DNA of 32,000 nucleotides from Pseudomonas aeruginosa (GTDB lineage Bacteria; Pseudomonadota; Gammaproteobacteria; Pseudomonadales; Pseudomonadaceae): NCBI RefSeq assembly GCF_001457615.1, contig NZ_LN831024.1, positions 5,760,001 to 5,792,000 of the forward strand, read 5' to 3'. Shown piece by piece: positions 29,418 to 32,000 of this stretch (position 1 is its first letter; each line of letters starts with the position of its first letter). The notes under the pieces were generated by a model. It saw only the letters and a program-made list of their open reading frames with translations, ran no database searches and was not told where the DNA came from. The position numbers and the translations under genes were made by a program.

Positions 29418-30947
29418 TCAAAGGCTCGGCAACAGCCGGGCCGGCAGCAGCGCGTTCAGGCAACCGCTGGCGAGCAACTGGCTGGCGGCCTCGATATCAG
29501 GGGCGAAGAAGCGATCCTCCTGGTAGTACGGCACCTTGTCGCGCAGCAGGCGGCGAGCCTGCTCCAGCTTCGGCGAACTCTTCAGGCCCTCGCGGAAGTC
29601 CAGGCCCTGGCAGGCGCCCAGCCATTCCACGGCGAGAATCCCGCGGACGTTCTCGGCCATCGCCCAGAGCCGTTTGCCGGCGTTCGGCGCCATCGACACG
29701 TGGTCTTCCTGGTTGGCCGAGGTCGGCAGGCTGTCGACGCTGGCCGGATGGGCCAGGGCCTTGTTGTCGCTGGCCAGCGCGGCGGCGGTGACCTGGGCGA
29801 TCATGAAGCCGGAGTTGACCCCGCCGTTGGCCACCAGGAACGGCGGCAACTGCGACATGTGCATGTCCATCATCAGCGAGATGCGCCGTTCCGACAGCGA
29901 ACCGATCTCGGCCAACGCCAGGGCCAGGTTGTCGGCGGCCATCGCCACCGGTTCGGCGTGGAAGTTGCCGCCGGAGATCACGTCGCCCTCGGCGGCGAAT
30001 ACCAGCGGGTTGTCGGACACCGCGTTGGCTTCGATCTCCAGCACCTCGGCGGCCTGGCGCATCTGGGTCAGGCAGGCGCCCATCACCTGCGGCTGGCAAC
30101 GCAGCGAATAGGGGTCCTGGACCTTGTCGCACTTCTCATGGGAACGCGCCACCTCGCTGCTGGCGGTGAGCAGGTCGCGATAGGCCGCGGCCACGTCGAT
30201 CTGCCCACGCTGGCCGCGCGCGGCGTGGATGCGCGCATCGAACGGCGCCCGCGAACCGAGCATGGCCTCGACGCTGAGCCCGCCGCAGACGGTGGCGGCG
30301 GCGAACAGGTCCTCGGCCTCGAACAACCCGCGCAGCGCGTAGGCGGTGGACACCTGGGTACCATTGAGCAGGGCCAGGCCTTCCTTCGCCGCCAGGGTCA
30401 GCGGCTCCAGCCCGGCCACCGCCAGCGCCTCGGCGGCCGGCAGCCACTCACCGCGATGGCGCGCCCGGCTTTCGCCGATCAGCACCAGCGACATGTGCGC
30501 CAGCGGCGCCAGGTCGCCGGAGGCGCCCACCGAGCCTTTCAGCGGGATGTGCGGATAGACCTCGGCGTTGATCAGCGCGATCAGCGCGTCGATCACCTTG
30601 CGGCGGATGCCGGAGAACCCGCGAGCCAGGCTGTTCACCTTGAGCAGCATGACCAGCCGCACCATGGCGTCGTCCAGCGCCTCGCCGACGCCGGCGGCAT
30701 GGGACAGGACGATGGAGCGCTGGAGCTTCTCCAGGTCGGCCGGTGAGATCCGCGTCGAGGCCAGAAGGCCGAAACCGGTATTGATGCCGTAGGCGGTGCG
30801 GCCCTCGGCGATGATGTTCTCGACACAGGCGACGCTGGCGGCGACCGGCGCGTCGGCGCTGGGATCCAGGCTCAGGCGCACGGGGGCCAGGTAGGCTTGG
30901 CGCAGGTCGGCCAGGGTCAGCTGGCCGGGTTTCAGATGCAGGCTCAT
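29418..30947 (-). CDS. hutH: Histidine ammonia-lyase, 509 aa
   Basis: Canonical MIO site '[22 protein letters not shown]', '[11 protein letters not shown]', 'SDNPLVF', '[16 protein letters not shown]'. Confidence 0.97.
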   Translation of the reverse strand: MSLHLKPGQLTLADLRQAYLAPVRLSLDPSADAPVAASVACVENIIAEGRTAYGINTGFGLLASTRISPADLEKLQRSIVLSHAAGVGEALDDAMVRLVMLLKVNSLARGFSGIRRKVIDALIALINAEVYPHIPLKGSVGASGDLAPLAHMSLVLIGESRARHRGEWLPAAEALAVAGLEPLTLAAKEGLALLNGTQVSTAYALRGLFEAEDLFAAATVCGGLSVEAMLGSRAPFDARIHAARGQRGQIDVAAAYRDLLTASSEVARSHEKCDKVQDPYSLRCQPQVMGACLTQMRQAAEVLEIEANAVSDNPLVFAAEGDVISGGNFHAEPVAMAADNLALALAEIGSLSERRISLMMDMHMSQLPPFLVANGGVNSGFMIAQVTAAALASDNKALAHPASVDSLPTSANQEDHVSMAPNAGKRLWAMAENVRGILAVEWLGACQGLDFREGLKSSPKLEQARRLLRDKVPYYQEDRFFAPDIEAASQLLASGCLNALLPARLLPSL

Positions 30948-31043
30948 CGAAGGCTCCTTGTTCGGTTCGGCGGGCTCGGCAGCGCCGTCCGCCAGCGGCG
31001 TTTCATGGGATTGAAGGCGGCCGCGCCGCCCTGGAAATTCGTC

Positions 31044-32000
31044 TCAGGCCCCGTGCGCGGGACGTTCGAAGGCGCCGGGATCGGCCGGCAGGATCATTCG
31101 CGCCGGGGCCTGGCGCGTGGCCTTGCGCCGCGCCACCAGGTAGTAGAGGACCGCCGGCACCAGCAAGCCGATGATCCAGGAGATATCCACGCCGCCGAGG
31201 TGCTCGACCATCGGTCCGGTGTACAGCGTGGTCGCCAGGAACGGCATCTGCACCAGCACGCCGAGGGTATAGACGGCGATTCCCGGCAGGTTCCAGCGAC
31301 CGTAGCGGCCGTCGGGGTCGGCCAGCGCGGGCACGTCATAGCGCTCGCGGGTGATGAAGTAGTAGTCGACCAGGTTCACCGCGCTCCACGGGGTGAAGAA
31401 GGTCAGCAGGAACAGGATGAAGGACTTGAACGCAGCGAGGAACGAGTGCTGGCCGAGCAGCGCGATGAGCGTCGAGGCGCCGACGATCACGAGGACGAAG
31501 AACAGGCGTTGCAGGCGGGTGATCTCCAGCTGACCGCGTACGCTGCTGATGATGGTCGCGATGCACATGAAGCTTCCGTAGGAGTTCAGCGTGGAAATGG
31601 TCACCTTGCCGAAGGCGATGCTGAAGTAGAGCAGCGCGGCGACGGTCCCGCTGCTGCCCAGGCCGACGATGTAGGCCACCTCGCGGCCGGCGAACTGACC
31701 GTTGGCCAGGGCTGCGGAGAACACCCCGAGGACCATCGAGGCCTGGGCGCCGAGCACCGAGCCGAGGCCGACGGCGAGGAAGGTCTTCCACGACGAGGTG
31801 GACGCCGGCAGGTAGCGTGAATAGTCGGCCACGTAGGGGCCGAAGGCGATCTGCCAGGACGCCGCCAGGGACACCGCGAGGAGGAACGAGGCCCAGCTGA
31901 AGTGGCGGATGGCGAGCAGATCGCCGATGTCGCTGAGCAGCATCAGGCGGCTGAACAGGTAGACGAAGGCGATGATGCCGAGGACGCTGGCGATCCGCCC
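31044..32000 (-). CDS. NCS1-family cytosine/purine-type permease, 5' end outside the window (PA5099-like)
   Basis: Frame stays open to the window edge (GRIASVLGIIAFVYLFSRLMLLSDIGD…); 'ASWQIAFGPYVADYSRYLP', 'LNSYGSFMCI', 'WSAVNLVDYYFI'. Confidence 0.85.
   Translation of the reverse strand, partial: GRIASVLGIIAFVYLFSRLMLLSDIGDLLAIRHFSWASFLLAVSLAASWQIAFGPYVADYSRYLPASTSSWKTFLAVGLGSVLGAQASMVLGVFSAALANGQFAGREVAYIVGLGSSGTVAALLYFSIAFGKVTISTLNSYGSFMCIATIISSVRGQLEITRLQRLFFVLVIVGASTLIALLGQHSFLAAFKSFILFLLTFFTPWSAVNLVDYYFITRERYDVPALADPDGRYGRWNLPGIAVYTLGVLVQMPFLATTLYTGPMVEHLGGVDISWIIGLLVPAVLYYLVARRKATRQAPARMILPADPGAFERPAHGA

Overview
The window looks like a Pseudomonas aeruginosa-type core chromosome segment, closely matching the PAO1 PA5073-PA5099 gene order (recognised from memory, no database search run). 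Nearly everything is on the minus strand. In order it contains: a polar amino acid ABC transporter (ATPase, permease, binding protein); opgH/opgG glucan synthesis; dtd; pip; a plus-strand NUDIX gene; the D-glutamate utilisation cluster dguC/dguB/dguA with divergent dguR; a T6SS effector island (vgrG5, a pldB/tle5b phospholipase D, and an array of four tandem Sel1-like immunity paralogs); and a large part of the histidine utilisation (hut) operon, ending in a truncated NCS1-family permease. The most notable items are: (1) four near-identical immunity genes at an exact 878-bp stop-to-stop spacing, joined by 4-nt ATGA/GTGA overlaps, where I recall three in PAO1; (2) an apparent 1-nt frameshift in pldB near 18440-18453, upstream of both HKD motifs; (3) compensating indels that scramble the signal peptide core of the third immunity gene; (4) an invariant N-terminal and variable C-terminal pattern across the immunity paralogs; (5) a HutH-family paralog in the hut operon that precisely lacks the Ala-Ser-Gly MIO-forming triad. 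I see no wholly unknown system. The best candidate for follow-up is the expanded and partly degraded effector/immunity island.
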